32,882 bases of DNA, taken from assembly GCA_000934665.2 (NCBI GenBank), contig JYFJ02004632.1, positions 1 to 32,882 on the forward strand, in the 5' to 3' direction. Made by a program: the position numbers and the translations under genes. The DNA comes from Catajapyx aquilonaris. Taxonomy: Eukaryota. The notes beneath the pieces were generated by a model. It was not told where the DNA came from, ran no database searches, and was given only the letters and a program-made list of their open reading frames with translations. Below are positions 21,896-32,815 of the stretch, piece after piece. Position 1 is the first letter of the stretch, and each line of letters begins with the position of its first letter.

Positions 21896-23591
21896 TTAAC
21901 TCTTAGGGCGCCGGTTGACATACGGGTGAGAACAAGGCTTTGCGAATTTTTTACGGAACTTCGACAATGCGTAAATGAATGCGGTTTTCACCCTCTTCAC
22001 AAGCACTATAAGTAGAACTTACTTGAAAAATCTCAGTGTGTGGGAATGTCCAGCGGCCATGATGTGGGGTCATTTGGGTGGCCACTCAGGGAACAGCGTG
22101 AGAACAATTTCAAGAATTAATTTTAAATATTAACTGTAACCTACATGGTTTTTATCTATATATAAATAATACATACATATACCCGAGCGCATTTTGTAAA
22201 AATTTTACGCTTATGATAATCCATTACGTCACAATTAATTGTTTTTTGCGTCTAATTACCGTGGCCTCATTTTGGTTTGTTCTGCGCAGCCATTGGCTCT
22301 CCAGCTCTCGATCTCGCACGCGATTGGCTCTTGACTATTTTCGCCTGCGCTAAGCAATCTGTGTATTCATTTACCCTGATGAATTTTAATTATTTTTATG
22401 GGTTCTAACTACCCTATCTTGATGAAATATGTTTTATGTGAAAAAGGAGATGTCAAACTATTTTAAAAAAAATAATAAACTCAGGCAAACAATGGCTGGT
22501 CCGCACGCTCACCAAAGATGTTGCTTACATGATGGATTCTGAGAGTTCCGCAGCACGTTAGACGGCATTGAATGTGGGAGATTTGAATGGGTGTGTATTT
22601 GATGAAATTGGTAGCACTTTTCCAAAAAAAATCATGAATTAGTAATTTCTAATGTTATTTCCGGCTATTTCAAACATTTCGTGCCCCCCTGCATACGCCA
22701 CTAAGGATCATTCACATCACTGCAACGGGAAGGCGGGTAGTGCTCCCGACATTACTTTGACTCCCTTTTCCGATGAGGAATTGCTTACTATTAAGTATTT
22801 AAGCCTGGAGCTGGAGGTTCATCAGTATCGTCACAAGTAGTAGTTAATTTTTAATTAAAAAATATTTTAACCTTTTTGGGGGGCCCCCTGGCAGGTCTCG
22901 CACACCCTGCGCACCCCTATAAATCCGGCACTGCAAGGGGGAGATGTTAGGGGAGGGGGTGAGGGCAGAAAACATTTGGAATTTCTATTACTGAAAACGA
23001 TGTTTAAGCATAGATGTCATGAAAACTTGTGATTTGAAAACGAAACAAAAATGACAATTTTCCAGCTACAATTTTCACAAAAACCACTGTCAGCTGTCAG
23101 GCAGTGCTGCATACAGAATTTAATTTTGGGTGAAGCTGCAACTGATTACTTACTTCACTACGTCAGCATGCCTAACAAAGCACCTGACCACCTGTGATTT
23201 GAATTCCCCCATTCTGGTGTAGTTTACTAACACGAATTCTCAATTTTGTTGTTGGAACATCAACTGTGTTTGTTAATAATTTCAAAACAAATACAACACA
23301 AGTACAAATTACATTTTTCATTGCCGAATAGTTCAGCTATACAGTGTCAGTACGAGCTGCAAATGAGAAAGAGTAGTAAAGAAAGTTCAAACAATTCAAA
23401 GGAACAAAGGTTTTTTTTTTCATTTGATGTGCATAATTCATGGATAATTCATGGGGGGGCAAAACCCAGTGTTTGTCCCCCCATCATAAATCCTGGGGGG
23501 GCAGCTGCCCCCTCTGCCCCCCCCCCCCCCGGTTGCTACGCCACTGGGTGGGGTAATAAACAAGATGTGATAAAAAGTGTCCATTAAGATT

Positions 23592-23893
23592 TTTTTTATT
23601 ATGATTATGTTTTTAAATTGCTACCCCTTGCTCGAGCCATTCGGCTCATTTTGGGGGGGAGGGGAAGGTTCCCAAGGGGGGGCATCCTCGGTTTATAGTC
23701 ACTCACGACTCTCTCAGATACACCAGACCTTTTCTCTGGCCCCGGGCAGCTAAGGGAGTGCAATGCTGCCCCGGCGTGTCGGGTGAAAAGCGGAAAAAGA
23801 CCCGGCCAAGCAGAGGTGACGGGGACGGGATTTGAACCCCGGCCTCCCGCTTGGCTAGCCAGTGGCGTAACCACTAGACTGCCACGCCTCCCT
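23592..23893 (-). mobile_element. tRNA-derived SINE
   Basis: Minus-strand head ...CTAGTGGTTACGCC...GGTTCAAATCC and an A-rich tail. Perfect 15-bp TSD GTGTCCATTAAGATT at 23577-23591 and 23894-23908. Confidence 0.9.
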
Positions 23894-23986
23894 GTGTCCA
23901 TTAAGATTATCGGCACTTTAGAATGAATAATAACAATTGAGCCAAAGTTGAAGTTCATTTAACAGTTAACAACTGAAATAAATAAA

Positions 23987-24055
23987 TCCTTCCCTGGTCA
24001 GAAATGTGATGATAATGCGTTGTTCCACTCGCGGATGAACCTCTGCTTCAGTCAT
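23987..24055 (-). pseudogene. Mariner transposase N-terminal fragment
   Basis: MTEAEVHPRVEQRIIITFLTREG resembles the mariner start motif EQR.VI.FL..EG. Truncated immediately afterwards. Confidence 0.65.
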
Positions 24056-24423
24056 AGTTCCACTTCTACTGAACTGCACCCTCATGGCTCAAAGATAGCT
24101 AAAAGGTTGTACACATTACGCAGCATCACCTGATGGGTACAGCTTCCGCATATGCATCGTTGTTTGTGCGAGAAATTTAAATTGCTGTTCATATTTGAAC
24201 GCTCTTATACCTTGGGCAGTGAATTTCTGTGGGGTCGGGTAAAAACTGCTGCCACTATGTTTATTTCTTATTTAGCAGGATATAAATGTTGGTAAAGAAC
24301 CTCAGGGGCCACACAAACACAAAAACTATATTGAAATTAATTACAAAAAATCTACCAGGGAATTTTAAAATATTGATGGCCAGCTACCTTGTTTAGGCTT
24401 ATATTTATATTTTAATGATTAAT

Positions 24424-24683
24424 AATAATGGATACCCCGTGATAGGCCTCCTTGGGCCTTTTAGGGGATCATCTTTTAATTCACTGACTTGAATCATTTA
24501 CCTGTAATGTGATGGATTTTTAAGTGGGAGGAAACGGGAGAAACCCGAGAAAACTCACGCAAACAATGAGAGAACCCATCGAAACTCCATCCACATAAGT
24601 ATCCTCTGTCCGATTCGGGGATCGTACTCGGGACCTCGGAGATGAAAGGCTGAGGCGCTAACCACTACGCCACTGTGTCGCCC
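24424..24683 (-). mobile_element. tRNA-derived SINE with V-domain-like body
   Basis: A box TGGCGTAGTGG, degenerate B box, and body GGAGTTT...GTTCTCTC...GTTTTCTCGGGTTTCTCCCGTTTCCTCCCAC. TSD TATTTTAAT(G/T)ATTAAT at 24408-24423 and 24684-24699. Confidence 0.85.
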
Positions 24684-24712
24684 TATTTTAATTATTAATG
24701 TTGTCAATCTAG

Positions 24713-24857
24713 ATTTTGCTGCGTTTCACTGAAGTCGTAATGAAGATGACGGAAGATCTCTTTCTTCATTCCTTGTGTGAATACCTTTATGATGTTTGCA
24801 CCACCTTTACCGAGTTCTACGACACGTGCTACTGCATTGAGAAGGACAAGTCCAGTG
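24713..24857 (+). CDS. RARS1: ArgRS exon 10
   Basis: ILLRFTEVVMKMTEDLFLHSLCEYLYDVCTTFTEFYDTCYCIEKDKSS. 145 nt, TAG acceptor and GTAAGT donor. Absent from the ORF track. Confidence 0.97.
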
Positions 24858-25262
24858 GTAAGTATCTACAGTTAGGATCATGAAATGCGATGCAAAAAGG
24901 CATGGCCAAGTTCCCCTCCCAGTCTCTCCCTTCTCTTCATCGCCTCACTTTTCTCTTTGTCGTCGTCATCACCCCCTCCTTCCTGTCACTCTGTTCTCCA
25001 CCAATGGGTAAGAACTCACCTGTACTGGCACATTGTTTCCCCACCAAAGGCCCAAAGTCCCATACATAAAAAATGTGTGCACACTGTTCCGGCCAGGCCT
25101 TCTTTTAGCATTGGACTTCGTGAGGGAACTGTAGCAGTATGTTTACAGAGTGCTTCTCAATTAACTCTATTCCTTCCAGGAACCCTGTAGTTGATGTTAA
25201 AAACATTGCAACTACACAAGTGGATGATTTTTAATCATGTTTTCTTTTGCATCATACGTATT

Positions 25263-25267
<5 letters not shown>

Positions 25268-25309
<42 letters not shown>

Positions 25310-25372
25310 NNNNNNGGAACCCCCCCCCCCCAAAAAAAAAAGAAAGAAAGAAAGAACGAAAGAAAGAAAGAA
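25268..25372. repeat. (CT)n microsatellite, 6-N gap (25310-25315), C run and GAAA repeats
   Basis: Directly visible. Confidence 0.95.
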
Positions 25373-25395
25373 AATAATCAGTATATTCTTATTAC

Positions 25396-26597
25396 CACTC
25401 TACCTAGAAACGTGATGATTGGTTTAAAGGTTACCTTGGCTCGTGGGAATGTAGCACCATCCGTAACAAATGCTGGAATTGACCTTCCAACAACCTCCAT
25501 GCTTACTCGAACGCGACTCGACGCTCCTTATTATCGAAGATCCTCCGCAGCATATCCTCATAAATGGTCTGGACTGCAGTACTGATGTTGCTTTCCAAGT
25601 CTTCTAACCTCGAGGCTTAAGCACAACTCTTCAAGTATCCCAATTTGCGTCTCTTTTGACTGATGGAAACAGGATACCTGGCTGCTTGTGACATGACTTT
25701 TTCAGTCAGTCAAGTAGCTTGTGCTTCACTTTTTCGATTAATTTTTTTCCTCTAAGGGAGGTCATCTACCACTGTATTGGTCCAAAATACTTGGTGCAGC
25801 AATCCTGTCTATCAATGTCGATATGCTGTGGAGGGCCTTCGATAATAAGGAGCATTGAGTCGCATTAGAACTAACAAGGGAACGGTCAGGGTCGAGAACC
25901 TCCGATTTGGTTGAAACTGGCTTGAGGGGTCATTCATGTGCGATAGACACAGTGGTGAAAGTGTTAGCTCGCACTGTCCAGCCGTTTCGGAGATATGAGC
26001 GACAGAAACATCCCAATTTTGGCCGCGTGCATTTGCCGGGAGCCGCTCTGCCAGCTCCAAATCTCTTCTACCTTGATTCCCCCCACTTTTTTCGATCCCA
26101 CACCACCATCCCCCACTCCCCCACCAACATTTTCGTTTTCCATAGTTTCTTTGCTCTGGTATTTATTATGAGACCATCGAGCTGCTTTCTTTCGCTTCTG
26201 TCAACTGCGAATAAAGAGCTTCTGTACCTAAAATTGGATAATGGGTAATGGGAAAACTCATAATAAATACCGCAGCAAAGAAACTATGGAAAACGAAAAT
26301 GTTGGTGGGGGAGTGGGGGATGGTGGTGTGGGATCGGAAAAAGTGGGGGGAATCAAGGTAGAAGGGATTTGGAGCTGGCAGAGCGGCTCCCGGCATATGC
26401 GCGCGGCCAAAATTCGGATGTTTCTGTAGCTCATATCTCGGAAGCGGCTGGACAGTGCGCGCTAACACTTTCACCACTGTGTCTATCGCACATGAATGAC
26501 CCCTCAAGCCAGTTTCAACCAAATCGGAGGTTCTCGACCCTGACCGTTCCCTTGTAAGGTAAGTGTTAAACCAAACATCATGTTTCTAGGTAGAGTA
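25396..26597. mobile_element. Older long-TIR element (CAC-type end) interrupted by a fold-back
   Basis: ~41-bp inverted ends ACTCTACCTAGAAAC(G/A)TGATG.TTGGTTTAA, plus a second inverted pair at 25510-25556 / 25820-25866. No TSD found. Confidence 0.7.
25871..26558. mobile_element. Fold-back element with 302-bp TIRs (CTNACAAGGG termini)
   Basis: 25871-26172 versus 26257-26558, about 12 mismatches by hand count, with an 84-bp spacer. Confidence 0.93.
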
Positions 26598-26640
26598 GAA
26601 GAGAAATGTAGTTGATTCGTTGAGGGGACTATCTAGTTAA

Positions 26641-27373
26641 CCCTAATGAGACGGACGGTTTTTTCGCGTTTTTGCAAGCACCTACAAAAAAATCACTTGC
26701 GTTGTCATTTGAGGGACCACATGTGACTAATCTAGTGAGTAACATTGTGTAGTGTCTAGGCTTGCTCCTGAGGCCATTTATGGGACCCTCTTGGCATACC
26801 ATGCGGAGATTTAAATTCAGAAATTTCTCAACAGATGCCACATGGGTGCGTTTCACACCTACGTATTTTTTTCTCCAATTTTTTGTCACTCCTGGGCTGA
26901 CGAGAAGTGTATGGATGTGTCGTGCTGGCGCTACTGAACAGACCAGTATGCATGAATAATACGTCACAGGACAGGCATGACAACAAGAGGGACAAATATA
27001 CAACCCCCACCCGAGTGTAAACCTCACTTGCTCCACAGCTGTTCAAAAGCCCCGCGGGACATGCGCCCCTCCATCCTGGCGGAGGCTGGACGGGAGTTGC
27101 GCAGTGGCCCCTGCCAGCCGCTAATTGGCATTTACGAACATTACTTATTTATTTTAAAACTATTTAATTACCTTTTGCATTAATTTTAGGGTGGAATCTC
27201 TCGAGGAGGTTTGGGAGCAAGATTTTGTAGTCCAAAATTCGCGATTTTTTACGTGAGAGAAAATGAAAAAGCCACGCAGAAACCACTTTACATAGTGGGA
27301 AAACGCTAGTGTTTCGCCAGCAGAATTTTTTAAAGCCAGCATATCATCATATGATACGCCCGTCTTATTAGGG
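26641..27373. mobile_element. piggyBac-like MITE
   Basis: TTAA|CCCTAATGAGACGGACG ... CGCCCGTCTTATTAGGG|TTAA. Confidence 0.88.
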
Positions 27374-27738
27374 TTAAACACCCTGTACAAATGTTCCAAC
27401 ATCCTGAACATTTCCGGTCCTAAACATATCGGATGAAGAATTCTTAACCTGTATAGGATTATGCTATTTTCTTCCTTTCATTTTTTGTGCTTTTCTAGAA
27501 TATGAGAGGATCGAGTCAAGGGCTAAATCACTCCATTCTTAATGTACACATGGTTACAATTGCTCATGATTATACATATTAATTTTAATGAGGGCACGTT
27601 ACCTCGTAGGCGTGATTACATTACGAAGTGTACAGCTGATTAACCCTTCAGACCTAATCTCCCAAAACAGGAAAATGAAGGAAAGCACCAATGGTGAAAC
27701 CATTGTAAAGTTATTTAGACATGTTTTTCCCCTTGCAG

Positions 27739-27848
27739 GAGAAGTGGTGAAGGTTAATATGAGTCGACTAGCACTCTGCGAAGCTACAGCTATGGTGATG
27801 GAGAAGTGCTTTCACATTCTGGGGATCAAGACCGTGGCTAAAATGTGA
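27739..27848 (+). CDS. RARS1: ArgRS exon 11 (last coding exon)
   Basis: TTTTTCCCCTTGCAG acceptor. GEVVKVNMSRLALCEATAMVMEKCFHILGIKTVAKM* gives the typical ArgRS end in Met. Confidence 0.97.
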
Positions 27849-28052
27849 ATGGGTTTAGATGCATATCTGGGACCTTTTTCTTTTCTTTTTCATTTCTAGT
27901 CTCCCTATTTTGTTCCAATGAGTTAAGTTTCTTTTTTCTTTTTTAATGGTTATAACTTTTTGCAGTGAAGTAATTGCATTTACTGATGATCAGTTTCTCC
28001 TGGTACTATTTTATGTTGCTAACAGTTCCTGGTATTTGCATGTATGCAGAAA

Positions 28053-28120
28053 AAAAGTGATTTTGTATTCTGAACAAAAGTGATTTTGGATTCCGAACAA
28101 AAGTGATTTTGTGTTCGGAA
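28053..28120 (+). repeat. 3 x 23-bp tandem repeat in the RARS1 3'UTR
   Basis: AAAAGTGATTTTG followed by TATTCTGAAC, GATTCCGAAC and TGTTCGGAA in the three units. Confidence 0.9.
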
Positions 28121-28246
28121 GTCAGATGTTGCTGTCATGCAACTATCTGCCATGTAAGTTGAGTTATCATATTTGTGTTTGACTTATAACAGAAAATTGA
28201 CACCACCCCTATCAAGGGAAACATCACATTTCTCTCTCTTTGGCCC

Positions 28247-28252
28247 AATAAA
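28247..28252 (+). terminator. Likely RARS1 polyadenylation signal
   Basis: First AATAAA after the stop (~400 nt downstream), followed by GT-rich TTGTGTATTCTT. Confidence 0.65.
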
Positions 28253-28362
28253 CTTCAGATTGGACGTCTATTGTGTATTCTTATGCTAAATAGGTCCTGA
28301 ATGGATGTTGAACTACAGGGTGATCTATTTGGGTAGGGATAATTTAAAATATGTATCATAAA

Positions 28363-28479
28363 GGGAAGGTGCGGTGGCCGAGATGGTAACGTCTCCGCTT
28401 GCTGTGCGAAAGGTCCCGGGTTCTAATCCCCGCCCAGGAGTTACCTTTCGCCTGCGTCAGTGGGTCTCTGGCCCGCGCC
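28363..28479 (+). mobile_element. tRNA-derived SINE head, truncated by a Harbinger-like remnant
   Basis: A box TGGCCGAGATGG and B box GGTTCTAATCC. The head resembles that of the 16099-16359 SINE and is followed by TAA|GGGCCTTGCCACACTAG. Confidence 0.7.
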
Positions 28480-29821
28480 TAAGGGCCTTGCCACACTAGG
28501 CGGAATTTCCGGCGCGGTCCGCTCAAAAATGCCAAACACATAGAAGTAAATGGGATTCCGTCGGGATGAGACACACACGACGGTTTTTCCGTCATTCCGT
28601 TGAACACCAGCGGAAGACACAGCGGAAAAAATCGGCTCAGTTTTCCATTGGGGACAATAATCTCACTGCAATACATTGATTCCGCTGGGGGAATGCCACA
28701 CTACCAACGGAAAAAGCGGGTTCGCTGGCATGGAAACCAGGGCCCATATGAGAGTCTGAAATTGTCAATGAAATTCTTCATGTTTGAGATGTTAATGTGG
28801 AGAAAATTACTGATCACAGCAACAAATATTGACTGAATGCGACGTATTGGTTCCTTTTAAGTAATGGCAAATTGAATATGACTTCAATGTTGGAGATCTT
28901 GATTAAGAAAAATAGCAGGTGATGTGGCGGTGCAGATTAATGACACTCTCTTTCACATTGTAGATTTAAAAAAAAAAAGGTCCCCAAGGTACCCCTCGAA
29001 TTTTAGTGTCACAAGGGTGATAAGTGTGTACAACAGTTTTCCTTTGCCCAAAATTGCCCCTTTTTGAGATATCGCACCATTAACACAACCGTGCGAAATG
29101 CGTCATAGGGCTAAGGTGGCGCGGTCGGGCTCTGAACTTCGGTAGTTTGTGTGCGAGTGCCGTAAGAGGCTAGACGTTGGTAGAAAATCACCCGCAGACA
29201 ACAGCCACAGGTTAGTGTTCGAAAGTGTGTGCATGCAGTTATACAGGATGTCCCAATACGATTACGGATCTGAAATGACTTTATGACCCTCAAAACCAGC
29301 TCATATCGATATCTGTGAAAATACCGCTGAGTACTCTGGTTACCTGGTGCGGGAGAGGAGTAGGTCTACGGTCTACATAGTATTTACTTATGGCTATGAA
29401 AAAAGGCGTATTCATGCGGTGAATTCGGCGGAAGTATCACGTTACGTGGAGCTAAGCCAGAAACATTGCATAAATTCCGGCACAACGGAGATAGGCGGCA
29501 GGGTGAGGAATTAGCAGATTACCTATGTATACTCTGATTTATATGTAATGACTGACGTTACATTTGTTACTTGCTTAGTGATCACCACAATTGTTGCATA
29601 CTTCTGACCTTAGAAAATTCTATTATACTATATGCACAAGTGTGTAAGGTATACAGGGGTTGGAGGAGGTTGGAGGAGTGTGACAGTGCCCCCGTCATCG
29701 AGAGGAGATTTCGATTGTTCCGACGACGTCAGCAAATATATAAATATCTGGATAATATATAAATATCTAAGGAAAACCCTCATTGGGGGACACCACCATC
29801 TTACAGAGTTGTCAGTCCCAT

Positions 29822-30480
29822 TCACTTAATTACATTCAAAAAGAAATTATGCACATTAAAAATGAATTGTTTGGATGGATTGCAAAAGGCAAGAGATATT
29901 TTGTCCGGTGGCACGTAGGGGAGAGACTTCAGAAATTGAGCGCGTGGTATACATAAATACGGACATAAATACAATAGGTGGAATAGATCAAATTCAAGAG
30001 ATAAGTTACACCAATCACAGTTCTGACCTTCGAAGGAAATTTTTACATCATGATACCATAAGCATCTGGGGCCACTTCTCAAACGGATCCAGGTACACAA
30101 GGGACCAAGTGGGAGGTTAAACGTCCAATAGTTTTCCATTTCTGTCTGTTTCTTAACCGCAAGATAGTGAGCATTGTAGTTGACTGTGCCAATAACCTAC
30201 CATCCAGATTTAAATAGTAATCATTTAGTTTCGTGTGTAGCTTTAAGCGAATAAGAGCCGAAAGCTCCACAATCTCCCTGTTAATCGGCTCCAGGCAGTT
30301 CAAGGTTGAACCCCACCAGTCCCTTGGCAGAGAGTAAGCAGAAGCAGATTGAGCATTCTTCACGTATGTATAAGCAGCTGACAAGAGTTTGTTTTCCGGG
30401 GCGTTTTCAAGCTTCTGTTAAAACTGAATGATCTGTCTCATCAACCATCAACGTCACTTCGAAGTACGGAGTTCCAGACT
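29822..30480 (-). mobile_element. 5'-truncated non-LTR retrotransposon (LINE) ORF2 C-terminus, frameshifted
   Basis: Consecutive minus-strand ORFs 30079-30384 and 29822-30139. F*QKLENAPENKLLSAAY matches the post-RT pattern W.KL...P..RL...AY. WIRLRSG...CDWCNLSLEFDLFHLLYLCPYLCIPR is the CCHC zinc knuckle of LINE ORF2. The clade cannot be assigned. Confidence 0.75.
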
Positions 30481-30549
30481 TACTTGCTATGCTTACCTAT
30501 TCCTTTCTAGTTTGTAAGCACGGGCCCCCCACAGCCTTATGGAAACAGC

Positions 30550-30787
30550 CGTGAGTTTAATGAGTTTCCGCGACCCCAGATTTGGGGCATGGTCACCTAG
30601 CGGTGCGAGCCACATTTGGGCAGATGACTTCTGAACCAACCCAAACCGTCGTATCCACTCCAGCTGGGTCCCAAGGAGCACATTCGCAGACTCGCCCCCC
30701 ATCCACCCGAATCTGCCTTGGGCAATGGGTGACCGTGGAGCGACTGCAGCACCTAATCCGGGGTGGTGGAGACTCATTAAGCTCATG
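30550..30787. repeat. Degraded inverted-repeat element
   Basis: CGTGAGTTTAATGAGTTTCCGCGACCCCAGATT is inverted at 30755-30787 with 6 mismatches. Confidence 0.7.
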
Positions 30788-30811
30788 CAAAAGGGGAAGG
30801 AGTTGTGGGAT

Positions 30812-31855
30812 CTGACAAGGGAAGGTCACGGGGTGATAATGACGGATCTTGATGAAATTGATCATGCTAATACAGGACAATATATGATACCCAAGAATAA
30901 AATATTTCGTGCGGAACCCCATATTTGCAAAAGTTATGACGTCTTAAAGTTCCAAAAATAATACATTTTCATACTCCATGGGATTACATTAGCGATCACA
31001 TAGGGCTCAGCACCAAACATGACTAACCCTCACAGAAAAAAGTTGAGAAAATGTTGATTAAATGTTAATGAGAGCTTTCCACAAATCAAGAATGTAGCAG
31101 CAAGAATTCCAATTATTACCATCCAGAACGAGAGAGTGGCATAGTCACGTTTGCCGGCAGAAAAGTTGCTGTTGCTGATTCAGAAAACGCGCCTAAAGCC
31201 ATTTACCTCCTCAAGAGGGTTAGTCACGTTTGGCGCTGAGCCCTTCAATTATAATGACATTGAAGTGTGTAATCAGTTTCTAGACCTTTTCTCATCGGAA
31301 AAAAGTCCTACAGAACGTCTCTGGCCGTCCGTCCGTCCGTCTGTGGACAGGTATCAAGGCCTAAACCGTAAGAGATAGCGACAAACGGTTTTCATATTCG
31401 GATTGAGCGTGACCAAAATAGGTTTCATGGTCAACTTCTGGTGACCTGCCACTTCTGGTCTTCGGGTTCACTCTATCCGCACAAGTCTACTTTACGGGCG
31501 GGTTATCGTTGGATTTCGAAGTTAGTTTCCGTGTATTCCTGACCGTGTTTTTCGGGGATTTACTCCGGGTTTTACTCCGGGTTTTACCTGACTTTCTGGC
31601 ACAGGGGCTGTGGAATTTATTCCTGACGTTGGACATGTTTGCAATGAGCGTCATCGGCCGCCATGATGTTATCGCCCAAGCCGATACTGGAATCGATATG
31701 TTGCCTAGGTTACGATATATCGATTCACATGCTCCCTGAAAGAATGAGAAAAGGTCTAGAAACTGATTACACACTTCAATGTCATTATATGTGGTATTAG
31801 CATGATCAATTTCATCAAGATCCGTCATTATCACCCCGTGACCTTCCCTTGTGAG
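30812..31855. mobile_element. Long-TIR element (CTNACAAGGG termini) with DINE/Helentron-like core
   Basis: 62-bp TIR (30812-30873 / 31794-31855, 1 mismatch) plus a 46-bp perfect inverted block (31250-31295 / 31744-31789). (GTCC)n microsatellite at 31325-31344. Confidence 0.85.
31003..31243. mobile_element. Small Harbinger-like MITE inserted in the left arm of 30812-31855
   Basis: 29-bp TIR GGGCTCAGC(A/G)CCAAAC(A/G)TGACTAACCCTC. The right arm preserves the empty site CACATA|TAATGAC. Confidence 0.8.
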
Positions 31856-32334
31856 TATTAGACTATGGTAAGCACAAATCTTCCTCATTAGCAGGATTAG
31901 CAAGAAACAGTACAAGAATTTGTGGAAAAAAATCTCAGCAATTTCCCCAGTGAAAGATCCATGGTCTATCTCTGCAGGGTGTTCCAAGTATGTGGGTCAC
32001 TTCAGTTATAGGAAATCTTCTCGAAGCTGTTATTATTTGTAGCTTGTTGTGCCCCAATCAAGGTGCCATATTATGTAGCAACTGCTATGTTTGACCACCT
32101 GGGAATAATTGGACACCTGGATTGGGGTGCAACAAGCTACACAAAAATAACTACTTTGAGAGATATTGGCGATCACTAAAACTGATCCTAATACTTGGAT
32201 CACATGGAATAACACGGCCATTATAATTATCTGGTTGGTCAGAAATGAATCTTGCTTGTTCAGGCTGTCAGGTGTTCTCACCATCACTTTCAGACACTCC
32301 TGGGCAAAGAGCTTATAATTGCAATTATAATATA

Positions 32335-32541
32335 CAGGGTGGTCCAAGTTCAAGTGTTGTTTTATAACGGCGATTAATAGAAGCGCTTAACGATGACGTA
32401 GCAGCGACATGTAAAATTGCCCACTTCGATTGCGCCGAAGATGCGCCGAAGTGGGACATTTTACGCGTCGCTGCTACGTCATCGCAAAATGACTGCTATT
32501 AATCGCCATTATAAAACGACACTTGAACTTGGACCACCCTG
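32335..32541. mobile_element. Tc1/mariner-like hairpin MITE
   Basis: TA|CAGGGTGGTCCAAGTTCAAGTGT ... ACACTTGAACTTGGACCACCCTG|TA. Self-complementary over nearly its whole length. Confidence 0.92.
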
Positions 32542-32815
32542 TATAAGTTAATATATAAATACGGTATATATAATATAATATATAAATATATATAATTGCA
32601 ATTATAAGCTCTTTGCTCCTGTCTGAATTACCTGAGATTGTAATGCAAAAGAAATTTACAGTCATAAATATGAATGATTTAAAGTTCATTTTGCATATAA
32701 TACATCAACGACATAAACTGAATTATGATCATATTATTATTCTGAGGTCCTGTTGTGCCACTTAGGCCGTGCATGAGGGATTTATCCTTGCTATTGTTAT
32801 GTTTATTGTTGGCAA

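Noticed and set aside
22860..23546. hAT-like MITE ends (AATCCGGCACTG at ~22933, GCTACGCCACTG at ~23546)
   Set aside because: Matching left TIRs and 8-bp TSDs could not be established, so boundaries are unsupported.
24006..24072. Intronic C/D-box snoRNA (GTGATGA...CTGA)
   Set aside because: No recognisable rRNA guide and a weak terminal stem. It is better explained as the antisense of a mariner transposase 5' fragment.
25812..26557. Pairs of near-identical ORFs on opposite strands (also 526-942, 9524-10047)
   Set aside because: Artefacts of translating both arms of inverted repeats.
29875..30120. piggyBac-like GGID motif in a + strand ORF
   Set aside because: Weak similarity, and the opposite strand encodes a clearer LINE CCHC knuckle.
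30079..31987. Endogenous viral element or duplicated novel protein (shared peptides TREGHGVIMTDLDEIDHANT and YNDIEVCNQFLDLFS)
   Set aside because: The shared peptides are translated TIR sequence of the 30812-31855 element, the 30079-30384 ORF fits a LINE ORF2 C-terminus, and no viral motif was found.
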